Source of the DNA: Balanoglossus misakiensis
Lineage: Eukaryota; Animalia; Hemichordata
Reading direction: 5' to 3'
Assembly: GCA_040954595.2 (NCBI GenBank)
Contig: CM082584.2
Coordinates: forward strand, 7,459,919-7,523,918
DNA: 64,000 nt
This document shows positions 37,544 through 49,983 of the stretch, in pieces. The notes under the pieces were generated by a model, which made no database searches, was not told the DNA's origin, and worked only from the letters and a program-made list of their open reading frames with translations. The stretch's first letter is position 1; each line of letters starts with the position of its first letter. Made by a program: the position numbers and the translations under genes.

Positions 37544-40500
37544 CTACAACTCATGATCGTCAGCATGATAAAGTTCACTCAACAGCCTGTACACATAAGA
37601 GGGAGCGTTGCCACCACTGAAAAGACAAAAAAAAAAATCAATTAGAGTCCGTGGATGGGCTCAGGCTTGTTGCAGGGTCATATGAGGAATAGTTAGCCAT
37701 AGGGCATGTCTGATATTCTTTCTCTATCTCTTATGATGCCTCTATTCGAAAAAATGACAAAAATAGACTACGATATTGTCAAAAGCACTTTAACTCTCAA
37801 TTTCATCAAGTTTGCACAAATATTAATGAAGACTGTCCTATTAAAACACCCAACCTAAAATTCAAAGCATGTACATACATGATTTGTGATAAATGGATAT
37901 CTCTCTCTTATGATGCCTTTATTCGGTAAACGCGAAAAAATGACAAAAATAGACTACGATATTGTCAAAAGCACTTAAATTCTCATTTTCATCAAAGTTT
38001 GCACAAATATGAATGAAGACTGTCCTATTAAAACACCCAACCTAAAATTCAAAGCATGTACATACATGATTTGTGATAAATGGATATCTATCTCTTATGA
38101 TGCCTTTATTCGGTAAATGCGAAAAAAAATGACAAAAATAGACAACGATATTGTCAAAAGCACTTAAATTCTCATTTTCATCAAAGTTTGCACAAATATG
38201 AATGAAGAGTGCACCCAACCTAAAATTCAAAGCATGTATATACATGATTTGTGATAAATGGATATCGTAGCTAAAAGTGTCGAGAAACTGGCACAAGAAA
38301 GACATCGATCATTTTGTCATAAATCGAACAAGATCTGAATGTTTGACGTGAGCAATGTTTGAAGTCAGCGATAGCATCCATACTTACATGTTTGAAATAA
38401 ATAATGTTACAAGTTCTGGCGGGACATAATCAAACACTGGATTTTGGATTTGTAGTTTGGATAAAAGGACACCCTCTGAAAACTTCATGACAGAATTCGG
38501 TGTTTCCAACTTGTTAAAAGATTTCTAGGAAAAAAAAATTAATAAATAAGAAATTAGTTTCTGATAAAAAAATTCATCAAACATCTAGAGTACATTTCCA
38601 TGGAAACATGATCTTGCCAACTATGATCCTAAAATACATTTGCTCTTGTTAGAAAATGTAGGGCAGGAATAATTATGCAAGAAACTCTTACCTGGTCATT
38701 TGAAAATGGATACTGGGGAGACAGCTTGAACATCGGGGCACACACAATAAGCTGAAATTTTAGAGAGATTTGTTGACAGAAGGTCAGTTTTCTGCGACAA
38801 ACACAGTATTTGGTGGATTTGCTATCTAAATGCTCCCTTGATGAAAAGTTCTTCCTGTTGACCAGTTATGACTTTATTGTGGTTCCAATAAAATTTACTT
38901 TCCGTTTTGCCGTACCCATAACAAGTTCAGAGTTACTGGGTTTAATAGGGTAGGTCGGGTTATCGGAACCACACAATACTTTTTCATGGGTCGTGCAATC
39001 TTGTCACCTGTTATCTGACATGGTGTTTGCGTTATACAATGCATGAAAATCCATTTACAGATACCCTGATGTAGAGTTATATATGAAATGAAACATTTGT
39101 CAAACAGGTAAAGCAATGATTTCTTTTTTCAAAATTAGACCTCACCGGCACAGAGTGATGCTTGGCTGCCAACGCCACAGCATGGGTGCCATTGATAGCT
39201 TTCAGCCTGTAAAATATGAAGATATTACAGTTATTCTACACTCAACTCAAACAATGAAGTGAGGCGAGAGCTGCCAAGATAGTTGGGAGCAAAGGTCGCT
39301 TTGTTGATACTTTCGTGCATGATAATAACGTACGTAACCTTTAGTAACCTACCCGCCATTGGCCATGACTGTGTGTGTACCGATGATGACTTTATTGACT
39401 CTGGACATCATGGCAAACACTGCCGAATCTGTGATTACTGTGGTTTCTATCTTTGCTTTGGCCAGACTTGCGGCCAACTCTTGACCCTGCAAGGAAGGGA
39501 GAGATAACTTGATCACCTCCGAAGATGGATATTTAAAATGATACAAGACGATCTTCATAACATCAGAAACTGCTTGCCTGAAAAGCGTCACCTTGCATCA
39601 ATCTAAATAAATAATTAAGATACTGTCATTTTTATATCATCTTTTTTTAAAAACGCCTCCAAGGCTCTTAGAATGGAGAAATGTTATTCACTCTTGTGTA
39701 ATCTCATTCAAAGCACCACTCTCTCTGGCTGCGATAATTGATCTGCGCCCTCTAGTGGCACAAACCTGATGTCTCACCTGGTATGAGGGCGCACATTCAG
39801 TGACAATGACTTGGAATTTTCTTTTCCTGGCAGCATCCTGTGAAAATAAACGGACAGCATTAACATTATGAGATCAAAAACTTAACATTAATCACTGGTG
39901 TAAATTCTTTTCAATTTTGACAACTGACATGTTCACCCTGGCCATTTTCATCACTGGCTATTTTTTTTCTTCTTTAAAATTCATTTCACAACACATTCAC
40001 ACCAGACTGTACATGGGACGAGCACATCCTTATGAATTATTACACAACAGTATGGGCCCTAAAGTTAGCGGACTACCAAGATACAGTACATGGTATATAT
40101 TGCATTACATTATACATGTGTACATAGAATTTTCCCAGCTCACCTTGAGAAAAGCCTCCACAATCCTGGACTTGCCGACTGTCATGATGACCTCATTGGA
40201 ATGGATGTGTTCTAACGCCTGCTTGGCTATGTTGTCAGCACTGTACAGACAAAGAAAACAACTGGTTTGGATTTAAATAATAACACGACAACAAAATCGC
40301 AACATGCTGGTGATCCTCTGACATCAACATTATGGTTGGAGAGGATCAGGTACGACAAATAGTTTGCCACAGACATTTGCGCTGCTTTAGCACAAAAACT
40401 GGAGGTTTTAATACCTGGTTTCCAGTTCCATGAGAAATTCATTGATAGCTTCAATTACAGTCACCTGAAAATAAACAGAATAGGTCCACTTTTATTTCTG

Positions 40501-41357
40501 TACTTATTAAAAGAGTTATGGCACCCTTTCAGAAACAACTTCACAAGCAATATGAATAAAGCAATATATTCATTACCTTCAAGTTATGACTTATGATACT
40601 GAAATCATCAACTTTGCCTTCTGCCATTAGAAGTTTCTGAAATGAGAACAAAGTGGATAATATTGCCAAGTTGCTTTCCATGAAATAACATTACTTCTGG
40701 TAGAAAACAAGGGTTCTGGGACTGTGGCCACAGTGGAGGGCATATATTCACTCTTTACTGCTGCTTGAAAAACTATGCAAGATTAAAATCTTACATGAAG
40801 TGAGTCTTGAGGATCTCCATCACCACCCTTGCCTCGAATACTGAAATCAAAATGAAATAGCCACTGTCAGTACAGAGATCCTACTGTATACTGACATCAA
40901 ATCATGATCTGATGAAAATTCCCACTCACCTGGCATATTCTTCTCGGATAATTTTCAACACTCTTCTCACCATGTTACCAACGATGGTTTCTGATGGCTG
41001 GGCGTCTATCATCCTTTGCCCTTCCCGCCGTATGATGGCCATCAGCTCTCCTGCATGAGCCCATCTTGTCTGCGCCACCAGCCTCCTCAGAATGTCGACT
41101 GATTTGTAAGCTATCTCATAGGACCCGATAGCTTGGCTGACAGGTACAATTGAATAAAATAAGTCTTAGTCATGCACCCTGTGTTAAAAAATACCAGAGA
41201 ATTTCCGAGGATATTTTCTTTGAATCTGTGAATTCTTTTCTGTAAAACACTTCGTAATCACATGCATAGTACAAAGCACTTACCCAAGCCTCAAGGTGGA
41301 AATAAAACTTTCGATCCTCTCATTCAGATCTGCACTGGAGACATCACTTGGCGGCAT
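37544..41357 (-). CDS. EIF2B2: Translation initiation factor eIF2B subunit beta; 12 coding exons (41357-41284, 41136-40930, 40840-40795, 40636-40577, 40464-40415, 40240-40144, 39837-39778, 39486-39353, 39206-39146, 38751-38692, 38524-38388, 37616-37544); 352 aa
   Basis: [117 protein letters not shown]. Phases consistent; 1059 nt. Confidence 0.95.
37727..38266. repeat. Three tandem ~180-bp units in the last EIF2B2 intron
   Basis: Unit TCTCTTATGATGCC...ATGACAAAAATAGAC.ACGATATTGTCAAAAGCACTT...CACCCAACCTAAAATTCAAAGCATGTA...GATAAATGGATATC starts at about 37727, 37905 and 38091. Confidence 0.9.
39745..39758 (-). promoter_or_regulatory. CTCF core motif (CCACTAGAGGGCGC) in an EIF2B2 intron
   Basis: Matches consensus CCACYAGRGGGCRC. 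Motif only. Confidence 0.55.
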
Positions 41358-41891
41358 ATTTTAACAGCAGTTTAAATTTCATGCACCCAGCTCTGTAGAG
41401 GACAATCAACGCAGAAACAAAGAATTGAAAAGTAGGTCAATAAAAAGACATGATTGCTTCATTTTTTTCAGTTTCGATAATTAATTTTCGGGGAAGAGAA
41501 ATCACTGAGTGTGAAGTGTCCATGGCAATAGTTGCCTTCATGCTCCAGATATCTGTTTACATTGTACACATGCAGTCACTCCAGAGACTGTGATTTGTAT
41601 ATATTTACTCAATGCAGTAAAAATGTGAAGAATTCACAGGCAAAACTCGTTTACTTCATATATACAGGTGTGAACTTCGCCCAAATCCCAATGATGACAC
41701 CACGATCTCTTTTCTGAATACAACTGTATCCTGTATCGATCAAAACGAGCCATGCCAGCTGCCTCAACTTCACGAACATCACAGTCGTGTGTCGCCCGAT
41801 CCGATGATGATCTGATGTTTATTTTTTAGATTCTACTATATTCACGTCTAGTCTATGAGTGTCGCTACGCTAGATCGCTACGAATACATAC

Positions 41892-42060
41892 CTCTGTCGA
41901 TGTGATAACAGGTAATTAGTTAGTCGAGGATCCCCACACTGGAATACGTACTGTGTAGACATCAAAGGAAACCGGAAGGATAAAGATACTCTTCACGACC
42001 AATCAGATTTGTTCATTCTGGAGTTAATTCATAACAAACACACAACTTTTCAAAATGGCT
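41892..42060. promoter_or_regulatory. Putative bidirectional promoter for EIF2B2 and PARS2
   Basis: Divergent genes with ETS ACCGGAAG (~41971), CCAAT box GACCAATCAG (~41998) and YY1-like AAAATGGCTG overlapping the PARS2 ATG. Probable EIF2B2 5'UTR donor at 41891 and acceptor near 41393. Confidence 0.6.
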
Positions 42061-45000
42061 GCGCCCATGAACAGGTTACCGCTGTTCAAAAAAAGCCCTG
42101 GTAAAGTGTGATTGTGGTCTAATTTACCCTAGCCACGAGTAACTGAGCTACTCACATGAAGATAGTTTCTCGTTGACATCAATTTTATCTTGGTTGTTGA
42201 TTTCTTAAGATATTTTATACCCCAAAACTTTCTACCGATTGCGTTCCGGGCTAATGATGGCTTCGCACTGCTTTGTCAAGTTGCTTCGAGTGTCTCGGTC
42301 GACGATGAAGTCCCCCAAGAGACACTGCCACCATCGGGCATTGGTATCGCAGATGTTTCAACCAACAGGCGCTCTTCCGAGGGGCACAAAACAGAGTGAA
42401 GTAGTGTGCAAAAGTCACAAAGTGAGTAACAGTAAAAAGTCAAAAAGTGGGCGTGTCTCTTCTAACTGTCTCAGGCCTATTTCCTGGTCATATACTTAAA
42501 TTTGTCCCCAGTGTAGGAGTTTAGGCCTGAAAGAGTTAAATCTTGTTTTCATTCTTTCTTTGACAGCTGATGATGGAACATGGTCTGATACGACAAAGCA
42601 GTCCAGGAGTTTATCATTTACTGCCTCTGGCACTGAGAGCAATGGAGAAGTTGGTGCGAGTCATAGATGAAGAAATGACCGGTATTGGGGGTCAGAAACT
42701 GGATATGCCGTGCATGACGACAGCAGAACTTTGGAAACGAACAGGTTCGTGTCCATCAATTGTCTTTCATTCTCTTACACACACAAACACCCACACAAAT
42801 ACATTCACTTCACCACATGTAACTGCAAACCAATTGTGCATTTCATGAAACATATTGCTCATGAACCATGTAGGACTCGAACAACTGTTACAAAAATTTT
42901 CCATTCTGTTATTGTCTGATGATAAAGAGACTTTAAGAAATGTAAAAATAAAGCTAGAATCTGCAACTCAAAATAATCTGAGTAAAACTTGACCTGTCTT
43001 GCTTTTTTTCTCCCTCAGATAGGTGGAACACTACAGGAAGTGAATTATTTAAATTGAGAGACAGGCATGATTTGGACTACTGTCTGGGTCCGGTGAGTTC
43101 AAAGATCATTCTACTTTGATAACACGTTGAGTATATCATATTTTGTGTATTGCACACACTATAGTGATATTATGAGGTAAATATCAAAAATCCAATCACA
43201 AGAATGAAGGAGCATAATGCTGACAATACAAGCATATTACTCCTGAGTCCTTGCTTTGAGTATGACAAAAGTCCAGGGGGAGATACAAACAATAATATAG
43301 GATTGAAAATGCTACCACAGATACCAGCTTCTGTTCATTATTACTTATACATGATTAGTCAAGTTTCTCTTTCCTACTTTCTTTCTCGTTTTCTTCGACC
43401 AGACGCATGAAGAAGCTGTCACTCACCTTGTGGCATCCCAAGGCATATCCCACAGACAACTTCCAATCAAACTCTATCAAGTAAGTCTGTGTGTATGTCC
43501 AAATGTCTCACAACTGCCTCTCGAGTAAAGTTTAACCCTTTCACCACCATGGTTCAGTCCAAAACCATGGTTTTCTATGATAAGGATAGTCCTCTGAAAA
43601 GATGGTCTATTCAGTACTTATATTGTGACCAACAAAATGTCAAAGAGAATCGGTCTATTTTTATATGCACTCAAACATTTGCCTGTCTGTTGCTAGATTA
43701 CCAGGAAATTCAGAGATGAAATAAGACCGAGGTTTGGATTGCTAAGAGGCAGAGAGTTTTACATGAAAGGTAAGATCTTCACCTGATGATTGGTAATTCA
43801 TTTTTCACTGCAGCTTGAAATTTCGTATTCTCTTGACTGACCACAAGAGGGCGCTAAGAACAGTTCAGTGCACGTGATGAACATCTGTGACTTTTTTTAA
43901 AACCCAAATGTGCATATTTTTACCTAACAAAAAATATTTTTTGATCTTTATACCAGATATGTACACATTTGATTCAGATGAAGAAAAAGCAGTGGAGACA
44001 TATGAGACTGTGTGCAGTGCCTACACCAGATTTCTAAACAGATTAGATCTACAGTTTGTCAAAGGTAAATACCAGGGAATAGAGGGAGAAGGGCAAAGAG
44101 AGAGGGAGGGATTTGTTAGGGAAGGGGAGGGAGGGAGTAGCACAGATAAAAATACTGTTGGTGAAAATGAAAATGGGAAGATGAATACTTGAGATGCCTG
44201 GATGTGACTGATAGCCTTATCATTTCTGTGCACGCAGTGGTTGCAGATACTGGTGTCATTGGAGGGAGTATGTCGCATGAATTCCACCTGCCGGCCGACA
44301 CCGGGGAAGATGAGCTCATGTTCTGTGTCAAGTGTGGCTTCGGAGCAAACAAGGAAACAATTGGTGAGTGTAGAATGAGGGTTACTCAGTCTGACCTTTG
44401 GCAGTATGGGGTGTCACTGAACAGCTCATAGTATTGATGTGGTTATGTCTGTTCAGGTATTTACAGTATAGTACACCATGCAGGACAGTAGCAAAGTGAT
44501 GCATCACAGTATATACATAGCACTATATATTATGTTCACACATCATAGTTTAGTTCACTATTGCTATGTTTACTAAAGAGAGATTTTCACATATGTTGCC
44601 TTCCAAGAGCCAGAAGAAGCCCACTGTCCAAAATGTGGTCCTGGAAATCAACTAGACAGCAGACAAGGCATCGAGGTCGGCCATGCATTCTACCTGGGTA
44701 CCAAGTACTCCAAAGTGTTCAATGCTGACTTCATCGACAGAGACAACAAGCCCAGGTGAGGGGTTGTGACTACAGTACACGATATCAGAATATACAGTGA
44801 AACTGAGCTATATGATCTTACCACTACCTTACCTTACCATACCTTACCATCGATCACAAACTTCACCATTATCTCCCATCTCCAACTCAGGTTGACACAG
44901 ATGGGTTGCTATGGCCTGGGAGTCACTCGCATCCTGGCAGCAGCCATTGAAGTATTGTCAACTGACGAGGAAGTTAGGTGGCCTCAGTTGATAGCACCGT

Positions 45001-46373
45001 ATCCGATTATCATAATTCCTCCAAAGGTATTTGGTGTGTTTATTCTATTTTCATAAGTGTGTTGTAAAGGGGGGATGGTAAATAAACTGCTGTGACAAAA
45101 GCTTATGAGTATTACAGTGAACTCCAAACAAGTCAGAAAATGGAATGTTTTCACTAAAGTGTCAGTACACAGAAAGGATTTTACGAAATCTTGGTTCAGA
45201 TCTTGTGCAGACTTTGCACTTTGTTGAAATCTGTGTATCAGAGATCCCCAGTATGCTGCCAACTTTTGTGAAGACTCGATCTGCCGTAAGACAAACAGGG
45301 TTCTTCTTTGATCGACTCTCAAATGAATTTTCATCGCAGAGAGGAAGCCGAGAGGAGAGAGGCCAGCAAATCGCGGAGGAGCTCTACGACAGCATCGTCA
45401 CAAAGATACCAAGTCTGAAACGTGAAATCCTATTGGATGATCGAGACCACCTGACTATCGGCAGGCGAATGCAGAGTGCCAAAGCGCTGGGATATCCGTA
45501 CATCATTGTCATCGGCAAGAAGGTGAGTGAATCAGTTGATTTAAATCATACTGTCTGCAATCATATCATGAAGAATAAAAAGATACCGAAATAATGTTAG
45601 CAAAGCTGGTATACATGTATGTATAGGGTCCGTAATAAAGTGGTTTTTAGAATTGGATAGTTATCATAGTAAGTCTTTTTTGAGTGTCTACGAAACTGGA
45701 CAGAAATACAAACTAAACGTGGACCAAAGCCTGTGCGGGCTGTGACGCTAGTTCAAACATAAAAAGAGGACGTTTGAAACTGTTGACAGTCTAGTCTGGC
45801 AGTGCAGTGTGGCAGACGAATTTGAGAAGGGACACTTGATATCTGCCACATCATCATGGCTGTTCAGCGTACGCACCGGTACTGCCCGGAACTGGTCTCA
45901 AAAGTGGTTATGCATCATCACATCATGTGCGCACTTATTTGAACCCCCCTGCACAGAAGCAAACATGGCAACCTAAACATTTTGACACTCGATTGAAACC
46001 CATCGAGCTACTGCAGTCAGTCAGTCAGTTCATCATCAGAGGCAACAGAAAGAGAATTAGAAAAATGCATGGAATAAATCAAGCCTGAGATTTTTCAATC
46101 AAACAAAGGATTCCATCCATGTTCAGATGTCGGCAGAGCGCCAAATCCCAAAGTAGTTTCACATTTACTCTGACAACAGTCCTAATTTTAACCAGACGTG
46201 CAATTTCTCACTCGTTTTATTTTTCTTTCTATCTTTTTTTTAATTTTTATCTGTCTCCCCAGGCTTTGCAGTCGGATCAGCTGTTTGAGCTCTGCCGTGT
46301 AAACACTGGGGAAACATCGTTTGAAAGCAAAGCTGCACTTCTGGAAATATTCAAAACCATTCAGACTGTATGA
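42055..46373 (+). CDS. PARS2: Mitochondrial prolyl-tRNA synthetase; 12 exons (42055-42100, 42210-42421, 42567-42744, 43019-43092, 43403-43480, 43697-43769, 43957-44064, 44238-44363, 44608-44755, 44891-45026, 45340-45522, 46263-46373); ~490 aa
   Basis: Bacterial-type ProRS motifs [87 protein letters not shown]. The first two exons (MAAPM... presequence) are less certain. Confidence 0.9.
43841..43854 (+). promoter_or_regulatory. CTCF-like core motif (CCACAAGAGGGCGC) in PARS2 intron 6
   Basis: One mismatch to the CTCF consensus. Motif only. Confidence 0.45.
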
Positions 46374-49300
46374 GCCGGACAGTATCAATAACTTAATTTT
46401 GGTTGTAATGGTCATTTAAAACTACATTATCAATAGTCTGTGCGTTTGATCATTCATGATGAGGCTTGCTTTGCCACAGTGGATGTGTCCTTTTCTGATC
46501 AAGCTTGTTTTAGCGACCCACGGCTGCATGGTTGTCATGGGAACAGTTGTGAACCAGGTCGATGTTGATTTCATTCATGGTTGCTCAGTGATGTGTACAT
46601 ACCGATGCTCTTCTGACCTTGTAGATTGTCAAGGGCAACTGAAGGTGTTGTTCATCGAGACACACATGATTGTTGAACCAGTCCTTTAGTGTCTAATATT
46701 ATATCAGTGGTGAAAAGTACCACATCAGTTTGTATATAGGAATAGGTGTGACGTTTATTGCAACAGAGAAAATGCGTTGAACAACATAAAAACCAACTGC
46801 TATAATAAACCCTTTCACCGCCATATGGTTTGGGCCAAAGTCTAGTTTTCCGACGATATTGGCCAAACTGATTTGCAAATATTTGTTCCCATGAGGGTCA
46901 GATTTGAACAAAAGCTTTTACTTTTGAGTTGGGCTTTACAGTCGCGCCGCGCCTGCTTGTCTTTCTACTATGAAAAAAGTCCAATTTAGACGTAGCCATG
47001 GGCGAAATGTCCAATTTTAGAGATTCTTGTGCTAATAAAGGCACGGACTGCGCTATTATCCAGAGCATCGGAAGCCACCTGTGAACGTCATCTATCAAAT
47101 CTGTAGTCGCCATTTGACAGGCGTTTACACAGAAGCCGTCTGTGGCCAACAATAGCCCTTAATTTTAGCGTATGCATTCTTTGACAGCAATCTGTCACGC
47201 ATAAAACTACAAGACCCCCAACAGAGCATTACATCGCATTAATTTCTGCAATGGAGGCGGATAATTATCCTAAGCACGTACTCCTGTCCATAAAGGCATA
47301 AGTCGCTCAGCTAACATGTCTAGCATAGCACTTATTAATTGCAGCAGAGCGAACGAGTGTCCGTTGCCTGCAGCCAGAATGCCAAATTAGGAATGGACGG
47401 AACTCGTTTGTCAAACCTGAAAGGCGATTTTTAGAATGCTGTCCGTGTTCTGACCGACGAAGGTCTCAAGTCTAATACTTATAAGACCACGCTTCGGTGA
47501 TGCAGATAATGATTTCTCGAAAAAAAAGTGGGCACAAGATTATGGGAATTAGCAGACTCGTTTAAATACTTTTGTGCAATCTATATTAAAAACGACGCCG
47601 TCACGGATGATTTAATTGCACATATAATTATCTTTTCACCAAATATATTTGCAGTCATTCGACGTCGAGAAAGTGACGTGCACCAGCACGTCTGTAAACT
47701 GTGTGCTCGTTTTCATCGCCTCGCAGGTTTTATTGGAACTGGAAAGTAAAATTGATAGGGGGTTAAATGAAAGACGCCAGAATTATCAAACGTGCATGGC
47801 CGTCAAACGTTATGATGTGTCAGGCCGTGTATTAATATTCATGGCACGACTCGGCAAATTTGTTCATATTTTGCACAGCTGGACGATAATCCTGTAATGT
47901 TTTTTCCTTCTCTCTCCCTCTCTCTGTGTTTAAATCCTAATTATGATATACAGCCTTTGCTATCGTTAATGATACATTGCTCTATTGCCTACCTCGTTGT
48001 TTGCCACGCAAACTCTCTACTAAATAACCAACGGATTCTTGGAACAGTACCGGTTCACACGGATTTGCACATATCCTTGTTTTAACGAAAATTGATATTA
48101 CGCAGACAAAAATTGTGTTTTTTGGCAGATTTCTATTGATCGCCTTGACGATGAAGTAATTTGCTATCCACACGAAACTAATGGCAAAGCTTTGAAATGA
48201 AAAGAATTGACTCATCGTATAAAATGTTTGTTTAGTCTACATGTTTTCTTTTCCATATACGTGACCTTCTTTTAATGCTAACTGCCCTGGTGCAAAAATA
48301 GCAGCCATGCCTTACAGAAGGCTTACTTAATCAAATCGTGTTAAATCTATCAAGGAAAGCACATCAGAAATTTCCATCTAATGGTCGTCTATCCCAACGT
48401 GATAAAAGCGAGACAATTCTTATCAGTTTTCTAGCTTACTGTAGTGTGGCGATAAAGTTGGCGTTTCCATGGTAATAGGACGTATGATAAAATGTCTCCA
48501 AGTCGAGACAGCCTTATCTGATGGATTTCATGTCACCTATCAGACGTGAGGTTACTTTCTGTCGTCTGCAAATCACTATTGGCATATGTAAATTGGAGGT
48601 GACCGTATACCTTTAAACATATGGGGAATCGTCCGCCTAGAATATGGCTATTAGAATTGCTGTTCCGGGCACGGCATATTACTATTTGAAATTAAGAACA
48701 TGCATAATTTTCCCACCATTTTGTTTGTTTTAACGATAACTATAGGAAAACATGATAAATCGGACAGACATCAATGTAATCACAATTTCTAATTTTTTGA
48801 AACATTAAATTTCCCGGACGTATGCATTTCTTCGAAATCGATATGCACGTCCAATTACTATTAGGCTTTACCTGGGTAGAATTAATGGGTAGTATTAATG
48901 GGATAGAGACTTTGAGGTGGATTATATCAAAGAGCACGTCTTGTTTAATTTATATCTGATTTCCATTGAAAATCATTCGGATGGATTGAGTATCCCCTTT
49001 CGTGTCGAAATTGCTTTAATCTGATATCTACATCGAATCACGATTTCTCCTCTGTAATATTCATCATTCGTCCCGCGAAGCTTACTGCCGTTTCCATGGA
49101 AATGTAACATGATCTAGACCGGATTAGGCAATCTCAATTCACCGGAAGGCTGTCGTTTAAATCTTGCGCCTTCTTCATTACGAAGCATTTATGTCGTTTT
49201 TCAGGCGAGACACATTTCCGCGATGCGATGACTGGAGATGTTAATCAACGCGTAGGTTTCAACTATAAAGAACCCATTATCGAACATTGGGTGGTTTTAT

Positions 49301-49820
49301 CCCGGATCATCGCACTCGCTTTATATCTTTCCATTGACATCCGAATGGTCGAATCCTCAAACATTAATACGACATTTCACTAAGGGATGCATGTATGAAA
49401 TATCAGAGTGCGTCACAGTGCTTATATTACAGCAAGGACAATTGTGAATGCGTATAATTCCCCGAGATCATTACGTTCATGTATCCGAACATTATCTTCC
49501 GTATTAATGGCCTTTTCTTTCAAAACGAGTCGTCTCTATTTCCCTTCCTATAAGGTGAAGATGGCCTGGTTCTTGTGAACTCTCCAGACGATTTATAAGC
49601 CGTCCATTCTTTCTCGTTTAACAAAGGGACAAATTATTATTCTTTTCGTGAAGTCTGACCGTCCAATCATTTTCCCACAAAAAAACGGTTCACGGTAATC
49701 ATTGAAAGATCAATAATAACATCGATGTCGTCATGGTAACCCCTAAATTTACAGGTAATATTTACGCGAGTTTTTCGCCTATATTTGCGCACACCCTAAC
49801 TATTCCACAACTTGCCGTTC

Positions 49821-49983
49821 CTGATTGGGCACACCTCGCTATTGTTGCATGAACGATCGAAGATATGTTCACTATTCAAATATTTTTTGCATCCCTTCAA
49901 TTCAAACACCGATTCCTAATTAGGACGCACGTGTCGCGCGTCAGGCAAGCCACTGACATCACTGTACTCGTTCAAGTATAAAA
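49821..49983 (+). promoter_or_regulatory. Candidate TATA promoter with CCAAT, CArG, E-box and CRE-like sites
   Basis: CTGATTGG (49821), CCTAATTAGG (49915-49924), CACGTG (49928-49933), GCGTCA (49938-49943), TGACATCA (49954-49961), TATAAAA (49977-49983). Confidence 0.4.

Noticed and set aside
37727-38266. CRISPR-like array
   Set aside because: Contiguous long units with no unique spacers, in a eukaryotic intron.
46455-46500. ATGATGA...CTGA resembling a C/D snoRNA or SECIS element
   Set aside because: Too short, lies in the PARS2 3' region rather than an intron, has no apical AA loop or convincing stem, and PARS2 ends at a normal length.
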